From contig CP089274.1 in the NCBI GenBank assembly GCA_023920165.1, forward strand, positions 4,836,001 through 4,900,000: DNA of 64,000 bases, written 5' to 3'. A program made the translations under genes and the position numbers. Of this stretch, positions 38,687 through 49,900 are shown piece after piece; position 1 is the first letter of the stretch; the number at the start of each line of letters is the position of its first letter. Below the pieces are notes generated by a model. It was not told where the DNA came from and ran no database searches. It saw only the letters and a program-made list of their open reading frames with translations. Origin of the DNA: Curvularia clavata. Taxonomy: Eukaryota.

Positions 38687-40052
38687 TCAGTCGTCGCTCA
38701 ATCCTTCCCAAGCACCCTTGGGCTTCTCTTTTGGCCAAAGAGAGCTCAGCCAAGATTTTTGTGATGGAATGGACATGGTGTTTGCACGGTCTTGGACCTC
38801 AGCATTCAACGCGAAGCGCTTCATGCGCTTTGCGATCCGCGGGTCCAGGACCATTTCGTCCAACAGGACTCTCTCCTTTGTCTCGCCTTCTTCACGCTTT
38901 CGTGCGCTCTTGTGCCAGTCTGGCTCTTCGTGGGCAAGTAATTGTTGCTGCTCTGACTGCTCGTCCATGCCCTCGCCAGCGGACTCGAATTGCCGATACG
39001 CACCGAGAACTGCGGCTGCAGTCTCCCTGCCTGCAACCTCTGCTACCTTTCGCTGATTCAAGAAACGGTACATACGAATGGGGAAATTGAAGAAGCCAAG
39101 AAGGTGGGGAAAAGGAACGACGGCGCAGGGGCCGAGGGCTTGCGGGCAGTTTGGAGAGAGTGTCGCGTTCTGGTATTCGGCTGTTGTAATAAAAGGCGCT
39201 GGCTGTTTGTTCTTTTTCGGTTTCTTCTCCTCCTCTTTTGGCTTCTCGGCATCTTCCGGTTTTGAGGAGTCGGCAGTTGATGTAGGCGATGCGTCGTCGG
39301 CTGCAGCAGGTGTGGTAGTGGTCTCGCTCGCATTTGCCTCTGCAAGCGGCTCTGGCGCTGGCGGAGCATCCAATGGGCCTAGCCAGCCCTCGTGAAGCCC
39401 TCGTACATATTCTTTCCATGTGTGCCGCCCAATGATAATGTCACCTCCTGGACCGGACCACTCGCTGACACCCGCTCTTTGCCTTAGGCCTTCCAGCTCT
39501 TCTGCAAGGCCCGGTTCTAATGGTTCAGCAGTCGCCTCGCCCCTGCTCTTTCTCAGCTTCCGTATCCGCTCAGCTAAGCCAGCTCTGACGTCTCCTTCTC
39601 TTCGACCCTCGACGGCATCCCAGTCCATAGCTGCTGCGACAAGGATAGGCTTGATGTATTCGTGGAAATGGTCGCGTGCAGATACTATGCCATCCATCGG
39701 TGGCGCAGACAAATATATAGTGAGCTTTCGAGGCAGCTGGTGTACGTCGAGCGGCTCCTGTGCGATGTGTTCCACAACCGTTGCCCATTTCCTTTGTATG
39801 CGCCTTTTCTGTCGACGATCGTACATGACAGCGGCAGTCCATGATCCAGTGATTGAGAGAAATATCATCCAATTGCGCGACGGTAGTTTGAAGCGGAAGT
39901 TTGGCAGGCCTGTGCGGGTCAGTCATGAAATCGCACTAGGCAGAAAGAAACGTACCCATCATCCTCCAGACGGGGTTTGGAGGCTTTGGACGTTTACCAG
40001 GTCCAGAAGAGGCCCCACTGGCGGGCGTAGGCTGGGCGTCCGCATCGGCCAT
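38687..40052 (-). CDS. TIM54: Mitochondrial inner membrane translocase subunit Tim54
   Basis: 'PNPVWRMMG|LPNFRFKLPSRNWMIF', 'YIKPILVAAAMDWDAVEGRREGDVR', 'IGRHTWKEYVRGLHEGWLGPL', 'LLGFFNFPIRMYRFLN'. Confidence 0.92.
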
Positions 40053-40270
40053 GGTGATGTTGGCTGTGGTGGCTGTTGGAGTGTTGCTGGCGCATCTAGA
40101 AAATTTCCCGACCGTCGGCAAAAACGGAATCAAATCGGAACAAGCTGCCTAGTACTGCTCCCAACCAAAGTTGACACAGCTCAGCACCGCCTGCCATGCA
40201 CAGCGCAAAAGGTAGATTAAGATAACTACTACGTAATGATTTTGGTTTTTAGCATTTACTGTAATTGAGT

Positions 40271-40306
40271 GTACTTTATTGTACTTTATTGTACTTTATT
40301 GTACTT
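40271..40306 (+). repeat. Short tandem repeat (GTACTTTATT)x3+
   Basis: Read directly upstream of TIM54. Confidence 0.8.
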
Positions 40307-42525
40307 CATCGCATTTTACGGGGGTTTGTTCAGAACGAGCCGGAAAAGACACGGCATCTATCTATACCATAAGAGCAGGTCCGAACAGCCTCTTCAAAGG
40401 CCTCGCAGAAACCATGTGATTTACTGCTTAGCGCATTCCTTGCTTGCAAATATGATCAATGAGGATTCTCTCGTCAAGTCCCCGTCGGAAACGATCAAAG
40501 AGCTGGCTAATTGTGCATGGATCGACCATCTCATTGCAGACTTTGAGTGACGGCCTAAAACAAGCACAGAGAAAGGATTCACGGTGCTCCAGTAACTTTG
40601 CAGCCCCAGTCCTGTCTGTACAGGTTCCAGGTGCACGATCCGACCTTGATTTTCCGCTCCGTCACTAGTCCGAATTGGGCATAGCGCAGAACACCAGCCC
40701 CGAGGCCACAACAGTATCACCAACTCATCATATACCAACAAGTTCCTCGTCCCTTCATCAAACAGCATCAAAACACCCTTCGGTGGTATGGTCTAGTGGT
40801 ATGACGTCGCGTTGTGGCTGGCGGACAATTTGAATTGTCCCGATCCAGATCCGCGCCAGCCTGGGTTCGAGTACGTTCCTTTCCACACATTGGCGGTCCT
40901 GAGACATAACTAACATGTCTACAGTTCCCAGTACCGCCAAATTGCGACAATCTTTTTTTGCTCTGGTTTGGTCTTGATCATTATGAGGCAATGGGTGTTG
41001 GCCTTTTTTTGGTCGAATCACAAGAGAAGGTGGAAGGCGGCCTTCACGTGAGCCTGGGACCTTACAGAGGCATCGTGATACGACTGTGCTGACTGGCGAC
41101 GTGCATTCAACACAAAATGGTTGCTATTTACTGTTGTTTGGTAGAGGAGCGTTATTTTTAGAGGCCCCTGTATGCAATTAGTGCACGTACACAGCACCAG
41201 ATCAGGCCGTTCTGATCTGATGGTCAAGAATTAGGTATGGTAAAATCTAAGATACTATTCTGTGTATCAAAATGTCTTTACGTGCATGGCGGGTTTCACA
41301 TTTGCGGAAGTCTGAGGTTCTAAAAGCCAAATCTAGACACAGATGATGTTATACCAAGGTCATAGATGTACGGTTGTTAACGCATTCATAGGAGACTGTG
41401 TGCAGAGATACTCATTCTGCATCGGTCGGATAGTGGACGAGTTGTCGCGAAACTCGGATCTGCGCATAGATTTTGGGGTGATGTCCTGATTGATTACAAC
41501 AGCTCTAAAGATATGGATAAGAGCGGTGTACCAGCTTCATACACTGGGTGTCTGAAACAGGTGAACTACATTTTCAACACCAATCACGGCACCACAGCTT
41601 CTTTACGATTTTTGCTACAATTGAATTGTTTTGTACGAGAGACATGGCCAGTGTCTTGAGCCCACCCATAGTTATCAGACAAGACTGGAAAGTGAGTATC
41701 TCAGCATGCTGGACCTTACTTTACGTGCTTACAATAGGCTCAGCTGAAGAGCTTCACAGTGAAACGTGATACTACGGTGCCATAATCAAGCCGAACGCCC
41801 TATTGCACGACGACGCTTGGAATTAGACAGATGCAGATGAGAACCTGAATCCAACCTCAATAATTCTTGCAGATGGCCTGGTGGCGATCGAGAAATACTC
41901 TCTCGAAGACATGTCTGAGTACAGTCCAGAGACTCCTCGTCCTGAGACACTAGTCTTGGTTCTTTACGTAATGAATGGGGGTGGAGTGTGTCAAGCCACT
42001 ATGTCCACTGGGCACACTCATTCTTATCAAATCACCCTAGCAAGACTGTCAGAGAGGCAGGAAAACGTCAGAAAGACCAAATTTGGCTGATATTGTATTG
42101 GACTGGGCAGTGAGAGGAGAGTATCGTACAAGAGCTGCCTTCCATGAGGCTGATCCAAAGGCCATACATGCATTTAGGCTGAGGTAGGTAAGCTAGTATC
42201 AGGCTCAGTGCTACGAGTAATCGTGTGCACCAGTACACCACTAGCTTCATGATTTGATGGACATAGACGACTTGATTTTGGCGCCTCGATAGAAAGTGCC
42301 TGGGTGCATTGATGCGTACTAGAGAGTTCTAATATGCATTATCTGGACGCGGGATCGACATGCCTGTGATCGGCATTGGGCGTGTGCCAACGAGGTCCAG
42401 TCCTCCACAGACCCCCGCCCCATGTAGGATCACGGGTAAAAAAGGCGGCTCGACAATGTCTTTTTTTTTTGAACCGAATATGAGGACATGGGAGCCTGGA
42501 GATTGTTGTTTTTACCGTCGGCTTG

Positions 42526-43199
42526 TCATACCTTTCCCCTTGTTGGTACGTCGGTCATCCTTGGCTCCAGCTCCTCCCTGCCCTCCCCAGCGCTAGCTGC
42601 GCTCTCCACCTCAGTCTCGTTCTCGTTCTTGTCTTCGTCTTCAATACCGCTGCCGCTTCCTCTTCTGCTCTTTGTCGGGCTTCCTTCAACACTGCTCTTG
42701 TTGCCTCCCATCTCTGAGGCGATTTTCATGAGCAGGTTGCCGTGCGTGACAGTCTCGACAATGTCACGTGGTTCTTCACCGGCCCTGATTCTGCTCAGTG
42801 TTTCCGTCGCATCCTCTTGTGGCAGCGATTTGAGTAATTCGAACAGTACTTCTAGGTCCTGGTGCTTACGCTTCGTTTGGGCGACCTCAGTCTCTTTGTA
42901 CTGGCACTGGCTGTCACGAGACGAACATTCACTACATCGAGGACGCTCGCCATTGCACTAGAAGCGTCAACACATCAGATGTCGTCTTCACTCGACTTGT
43001 TTCATTCTTCTAGCCACTCAGTAGAATATACCTTAGTTTTGCGAGTTCTGCAAGCTGCACAAGCCAAGGTTATGCGAGCTCGCTTTGACTGCGTGGGGGG
43101 AGGTTCGCTTCTCGGTGAGGTTGCGGGGAGCAGAGCACGGAGAGGTCGGGTCGCCGCGGTCTCCCCTGTAGTGACAGCATTGGACTGTTGGGATTGCAT
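42526..43199 (-). CDS. Short Zn(II)2Cys6 protein (~200 aa) without a regulatory domain
   Basis: 'RITLACAACRTRKTK|CNGERPRCSECSSRDSQCQY' across one intron, then a helical segment 'DLEVLFELLKSLPQEDATETLSRIRAG' and an acidic tail. Confidence 0.8.
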
Positions 43200-45132
43200 G
43201 TCACAAAGCTTAACCAGCAGGAGAACGGACCGGGCGAGCAAGACTTTGGCTGCTCGAGAGTAGTAAGCCGAATCTACGGCACGAAAGGCAGGAAACCAAA
43301 AAGCTGAATCAGAATACAAAGCGGATAAAAGATAGTGACAAAAGTAAGCGGCTGCGAACCACAGGTTCTCTCTACGAAGAGATGACGAAAGCCGTGCACA
43401 AATCGCAGGGTAGGGAATTGCCGAAGATTGGCGCGTATGATTGAAGAAATTTGGGAGTGCCTGTTTTAGTCTTTTGGCCTCTCAGGTCTCTCTCTCTGTA
43501 ACCCAACCAGCCCGCTCGGGCATAAAGGAAGCTCGATATTCTTGCCCGTATCGAATTTCTGAATGTAGCCCGAGCTCTGGGCCTTGTAGCGTCTGACGAG
43601 CCCGGTTACCCGCCCACCAACCAAATCGCGCCCTGCAGCTAACCTCGCCACTAAGCCAGCAGCCTGTCGGATCCTGTATATAGGCACGTACAGGCACAGC
43701 CACTAATCAAGCAAAGTCCCGACGAGTGACGCATGAAGCTTTGCAAGCGAAAAATGCGATTGTTGGATCATGGCTGGATTGGCAAATATCCATGAAGGCC
43801 CTGCATACGTGCGTGACTAACTCACCAGGCCCGCTCTGTGCTGCCCAGGCGGAGCCGCTGCCGTAGTAAAGTCCTACTTTTTACTTTCATCTTAACGGCA
43901 AATGACAAGGCCTCCGGCATGCCGAAAGTGCCACCGGCATACAATGCCTCGCCGACTTGCTACGTTTCATTTTGTTCCTTTTCCCTCCCTCGATGTGGTG
44001 TCACTGTACTTTCGTTGACCTGAAGACCACCCCTTCACGCCGATCAATGTACTGGGACCTTCCAATGTGCTTTTGCTGCGTACAAAAGGATCTAGCGCAT
44101 CTGTTTTTCCCACAAAATCAGCTGATAAACACTTACCTTGGCACTGATTTGGTGGCGATTTGTGTGCGATTGCAGAATTATCATACGGCATAGTCGCCAC
44201 TCCAGAGCTGTAACAGACTTCTATTGCCTCGGATCCCTGTTTAGCCCCCAGTTTCAACGGTAAGCTTGCTGTAGGACTAGGGCTTATCGAGCACGCAGTT
44301 TGTCGTCTGCTGGAAAGCTGGCTTGAACAGACCTGTATCTAGACTCCTCTTATGCAGGAGTTATGACGAGGGGTAAAGGACAGCAACGGTAGCGATTCTT
44401 CCGTCTTCCCCTCTTACATCCCGCTAATGCTTGGAGGCTTTTCGGTATGATAAAAGAAAAGAAAAACAACCGGGTACTGTTTCCTTGCTTTGAAGTGGGG
44501 GGCAAGCTGAGCCACTTTGACGTTCTAGAGCACCGTGTCTCGCATGCACAATATGCAAGGCATTATATAGGCGCTCTCCACTTCTCTTCTCACGTTACAG
44601 ATCAATTCTGTTTCCGAAGTTTGTCGGTTAAGACAGGTCGACGCCAGGCGGAAGGATTGCGTCAAAGGGAGAATCATCGAGCAGATCAACCTGCGCGGCA
44701 TTTCCGCGGAGTCGAGATCGAGATCTAAAATCAACGTCCCATTCCGCGTTGCGCTCTGAGATAACATCGGCTCCCCTTCGACTAGGTGGCGAAAGACAGC
44801 AGACACGTTTCGCAGACCCACCCAATGTCTTGTTTCCGTAGAGATATTCTTATTTCCGTAGAAACAGTGGTCTGATTGAAGTTTGTGTTGAGCAGACAAC
44901 GGCTTGTGCAGGAGTAACTACTCCGTAATGTCGTAGTCTTGGCAAGTCTCATCAAACCAAGTAACAGAACTCTCCAACAACCAGGAAAACCGAAAAGTCG
45001 AAACGAGTTCAAATACAAATACAAGCTGCTAGCATAGAAGCTATGAACAAATCCCACAAAATACAAATATCAAGATAACAATGATTTGTCATAACTTTCA
45101 TTAGTCTGCTACGCGGAAAGTTTTACGCTTGC

Positions 45133-48099
45133 TCAATACTCAAAATCGTCGTCAACACTAGGCCCCTTATTCTTAGTCACACTCTCCTGCCGTTGATACA
45201 TCTCTGCTATCATGCGGCTCGAACTTGCCTGATCCGGCTTCTTGTCCTCCCTCTCCTTGATGAACCGTGGAAAGCGTAAGCTAACACCCTTGCCGCCCCC
45301 ACCAACCTCGTCTGCAGCTGCCTTGTACCGCGGCGACAGGGTAAGGTCCGCGGTCTTCACTTCCCAAACATAACGCGGCTCAAACCACACATCAGGTTGG
45401 TCTTTATTGCCGGTCGAGTGTGTATAGAACGGCTTTGGGCGGTCAATGACAATCTCAGAAAGAGTCTTGTGCAGGTTCTCAAGGACGGCTTCAGAGAAAC
45501 CAGTACCAATGTTGCAGACTGTTTCGTATTTTTCCGTCGAAGGGTTGTAGCAGGCAAGTAGGAAGGCACCATACCAGCTTGTACGTTTGCCTTTACCGTA
45601 GTACGCGCCTAGTACGACGAGATCAAGGGAGTCACCCACACCGGCAAGGTAGTCTTTCTTGACCTTGAGCCAGTTTTGCGAGCGCTTGGACGGCTCATAG
45701 TAAGACTCTGGTCCATCCAACATCTTGACCATGAGACCCTCGCAACCCTCCTTTACCGAATCTTCAAGGAGTGTTTGGATTTCCTCTAGTTCGTTGGTGT
45801 TGCCGTACTTGGCAAATGCAAACTCTCCCTCGACCGGAACAAAGGCTTCGTTGAGATGCTCACGACGCTCACGGAATGATTTGGTCACGAGTGCCTAAGG
45901 ATGTTGTTAGTCACCCATTACAGAATAAGAATGGAGATGCCTACCTCGCCATTGAGATAGAGAATATCAAAGGCAAAGACACAAACTTTGACCTTGACAT
46001 CTTCGACCTTGACATCCTTCCTCTTTCGCGTCATCAGCTGTTGGAAAGGCAACACCTTCTTCTCTACCATGTCCCAGGCAACCGTCTCGCAGTCAAGCAC
46101 GAAACTCTTTGTGCCTTGTTTGACCCAGGTCGGTAGTTTGGCGAGGATGTCAGGGTACTTCTTCGATAGATCCTCAGAGTTACGCGAGAAGATATTAGAC
46201 ACTCCACGGTCGCTCTTGCCAGCGTTGGGTGCTTCCGTAGCAAGCTCCACCTCGGCATCGTGGGCGACAAAGTGTATCTGGGCCCGCTCTCCATCGTACT
46301 TGTATTCACAAGTGAAGTCCTTGCCTTCAAAGCGATCCAAGACCTCTGTTATTGACTTTGTCGGCTTGGCAAGCATAGGCTTGAGAGGTACACCAGGCTG
46401 TAGGCGACAGTTCTCGCGCAGGTTCATGATGCCATGCTCAATCATTGCTGGAATGATGACCTCGTAACTTGGAAGCTCACTGTAGACTGTCTTCAGCATA
46501 GCTTCTGCTTTGGCCAGATCCTCTGTTGATGGTGTTTTGCCCTTCAGTGACATCTCGTGGAAGATCATTGCCTGTGCGACAGCCACGACTACGGTCCTCT
46601 CAGCAAGACCCAATCTCAGCTTTCCTTCTAGTGTTCGTACAATGAACTTGGCTTCACTGGGTCCACCTTTGTCCTTTTCGATGTCGATGTGCTTGCCAGA
46701 GTTATGCGCGTCGGCTGCTGACAGAAGTTTCTTGATACCATCAACCTTACGGCCTTGAGCACCCTGACCTTCAACAGTAGCAATACCCATAAGACTCTTG
46801 CGTACACCCTCGACTGTCAAAGCCTTGGGCTTGAACATGGTAGGTTGTTTCGATCGACTCTTCGCTGCGACAAGTCCAAGATCACCAATCTCGTTCTGAT
46901 CGCTCTTGATATGCTGTAGGCTTCGTCCGGTACTCTCCGAGATCGCCTTCATGATCAAAGACTCACCAATACCAAGCTCTATGCCTGCATAATCGGCTGC
47001 GAGCTTGTTGACCATGAGCATGACAGTCGGTAGCATATCAGATGGAGTCAATCGCAAGACCTGTCTCAAAAACAAGGAACAATGCGCAAGAATCTCCAGG
47101 CGTTTCGTGGTCATCTCGATCTTGGAGAATGTTGTGCACAGCGCTGCATACGGCACTGGCTCGCCTGGTTTCCAGTCGGGATATGGGTCTTTGGTGTTGG
47201 ACGCAAGGGTTGTCTGCACTTGTTTTCTTGCCTTGACCTTGACTTCCTCAGGCTCTTCTCCTGAACTCAACACTGCATCTTCCTGTTCTTGGTTTGATTC
47301 GGATTCGTCTTCGGGTAGTGCAGGAGATTTTGCAGTCTCTTTCTTGCTCTTCGCCGCCTTGGTCCGCGCAGGAGGCTCCTCATCTTCATCTTCTGGCTCT
47401 GTCATTTTGGATTCGGCAGCTGATTTCTTTGACTTCGCTGTTGTCTTTTCACTCTTGGGTTTCGCGGCTGGCTTCTTCGACTTCTCCTTCTCTACAGAGG
47501 GCTTCCTCCGTTGACGTTTGCTTGGGGGTTCCTCATCAGACTCCTCTTCTACTTCCTCCTTAATTTGCCTCTTCTTTCCAGTCTCAGAAGTTGTGCTGTC
47601 AACCTCCATTGCGTCGCCATCTGACTCTACCTCTTCCTTAACAGGCGCCCTGACCTCTGCATCTGAATCGGCATCCTCCTCTTGTTCCTTCTTCACATCT
47701 TCAGGTGAGGGTTCTGACTCCTCTTTTGGAGTCGCATCTTTCTTCTCGGGCTTCGGCTTCGTAGAAAAGGCTAGTTTCGATTGCTGCTTGGCTGCCTCGC
47801 CGTTTGGCTTCCCAAAGAACTTTCTGTTGAATGGCAGTCAGCATTGCATCGCCTACTGAAAGACGATAGTTCAGGGTATCACCACACCCCAAAGTAGTCT
47901 GGGAAGACCTGACATACCCAAGGGTAGCCTGCTTAGGAGCCATGGCTGCAAAAGTACGAGTTTGATCTGCGCTACAGCGTTGCGGGGGACAATTACGACG
48001 CAAGATAGAGGAAGATTGGAGCGAACGAAGTGAAGGAAGGAAAGGCGCAGCTAGACGTGGTTTTAAGCAACAATAAGCCACATTGAAGCGGAGGGGCAT
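45133..48099 (-). CDS. CDC9: DNA ligase I
   Basis: Motif I 'CEYKYDGERAQIH', 'EGLMVK', 'WLKVKKDYL', 'SLRFPRF'. Introns 47824-47887 and 45895-45944. In-frame ATGs at 48099 and 47943 (a further one at 48228). Confidence 0.95.
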
Positions 48100-48154
48100 G
48101 CTATAATGGGGAAGAGGGAGCAGTTGCCTAAACAAAAAGGCAGCCACTCTCCAA

Positions 48155-48187
48155 ACGCGTCGCGCCTCGCTGGCCGCGAACGCGAAA
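48155..48187. promoter_or_regulatory. Cluster of MCB/SCB-like G1/S elements in the CDC9-MIX23 divergent promoter
   Basis: ACGCGT at 48155-48160, CGCGAA at 48175-48180 and CGCGAAA at 48181-48187. Confidence 0.6.
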
Positions 48188-48417
48188 GTCGAGCGGCCCC
48201 GGCGCCAGGCGACCCCTGCTGACATCATTAGCCCGGCATAGGATTAGGCGGCATCTTTGGAGCGTCATGACTTTGACATTGCATAACAGCAAACTTTCTC
48301 TAACTTTATCGTAAAGAAACCCGCATCCTCAAACTGGCGAAATATTTCTGGAAACGTTTGGACTCCTCTCAATCCGCGGCTGCTCCCTCAACCCCCGCTT
48401 CATCACCGCCGCTCAAC

Positions 48418-49071
48418 ATGTCCAAACCCTCAGCGCAGCCCACGCTCACGCCACAATTCTGCTTCAACCAAACCGCATTACGAGGTCCGCTTTGTTTAGC
48501 CTCTTGACAACTCCCTCCCAAACCACTAACTAATGCGCAAGCCGGCTGAAAAACAGACTTCCTCCGCATATCCCGCAGCAGCATTGACGACTCCATAACC
48601 CAGAACCTCAACGCACTCCTCACACCGGCGCAACGAGGCTTCGACCCCAGTTCTACAAGCACACGGCAACTATCACCGCCGGGACAGGCACGAGCGCTGG
48701 AGCCAGAGCAATGTGAAGGATTCAAAGAAAAAATTCTATTTCCCAGCTGGGCAGTGCGATCAGACGTTCTCGACTACTGCGCTGGTGTCGCAACATCACC
48801 AGATCCAGACGATCCGGATAGTCTGTTACGGCAGATAGAAGATGCAAAGGCGAGAGAGCGCACGGTAGACGAGCGGTTGGATCCGTACTCCGGACGCTAC
48901 TTTCCCGCCGAAGCGAGGACAGAGAGTCTGGCTATGCTCATGCGCAACGAGCGCGCCGTGGAGAAGATTATACGCATGCGCACATGGAGCGTTTTGGGCG
49001 AGCGATGCGGATTGATGAGCGAGTCGGCAGATGACGCATTTGATAAGTGGAGGGAAGCACGACGGCGCTGA
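48418..49071 (+). CDS. MIX23: Mitochondrial intermembrane-space protein Mix23 / caffeine-induced death Cid2 family
   Basis: 'PTLTPQFCFNQTALR|DFLRISRSSIDDSITQNLN..C..FKEKILFPSW..RSDVLDYC..VDERLDPYSGR..ERAVEKIIRMRTW..RC'. One intron. Confidence 0.85.
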
Positions 49072-49216
49072 TGGAGCATGGGAAAGAAGACCATGACAGA
49101 CTATTTGGTCTGACCGCATAGCGTATCATCTCCACTTTGTACAAATAACAGGCATACATGTCGGCGTCGTTGGATTTACCTTGGCAGCGGTTGTTCCCAA
49201 ACGCAACACAGCAGTA

Positions 49217-49770
49217 ACATTCGTCCCTGTGGGTCGAACATCCCCCCGCAACGAACCACGAACATTGTTCAACCATGTTATGCCTACGTTACACAGTTGT
49301 ATAGGGTCAAGCTGATAAGACTTTGTTTATCGCATCTATTTCTACCTATGGCATGTTCTATAGTTACAGTAAAATTACAGCATTATAGGCTGTATTCTCT
49401 AGCTTTCTGTCTTACGCAAAAAAGCTGCAATGACAAAACACCCCTGCTCTTTCGCACGCAGCACTATCTCTCCATCCTTCGGTGCGTCCTTGCAATACAT
49501 GATCAGCTAAAGGATATAATTCTGCTCGTAGAACATGCGCAGCCTCTGTTTGCATGTATTCCGACTTTCTCCGGCTCAATGCGACTCTCGTTCGCTCCAG
49601 GCACTAGGGCTTAGCGTGCTGACATAGCAGGTTTCGAACAGTTAGCGGCCTGCATTATACACTTGCGCTATACCAAAACGACTCGAGCTGTGGCGCAAAG
49701 CTTGAGAGGCTTCGTCTAGCCACTACTTACATGCGCAGTTGCTTGCTGCCTATTCTTAGAGATTAGCTGG
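49217..49770 (+). repeat. Left long terminal inverted repeat (~550 bp)
   Basis: Collinear anchors with the right arm: GTATAGGGTCAAG 49299-49311, GACAAAACACCCCTGCTCT 49432-49450, CTCGAGCTGTGGCGCA 49682-49697, CTATTCTTAGA 49750-49760. Confidence 0.9.
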
Positions 49771-49900
49771 GAACAGATAGTTACTGTAAGATAAATATCA
49801 CATGCATTATTAGGTAATAAGTCCTAAATACATCAACTTTTGAATTAGCACAGAGGCACAATATTGAGAGAAATCTTTCCATTTACTCTCGACTGCTCAT

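Noticed and set aside
40229..40330. TACGTAATG followed by AT-rich tandem repeats, superficially like a pogo TIR end
   Set aside because: I found no matching inverted partner, and the motif is too short to support a call.
44447..45066. Short ORFs between the small Zn2Cys6 gene and the CDC9 3' end
   Set aside because: They have no recognisable domain or coding bias and overlap on both strands.
48968..49614. ORFs 48968-49276(-) and 49297-49614(+), with counterparts 55332-55532(-) and 55403-55600(+)
   Set aside because: They are chance translations of the TIRs. Their shared peptides only confirm the inverted repeat.
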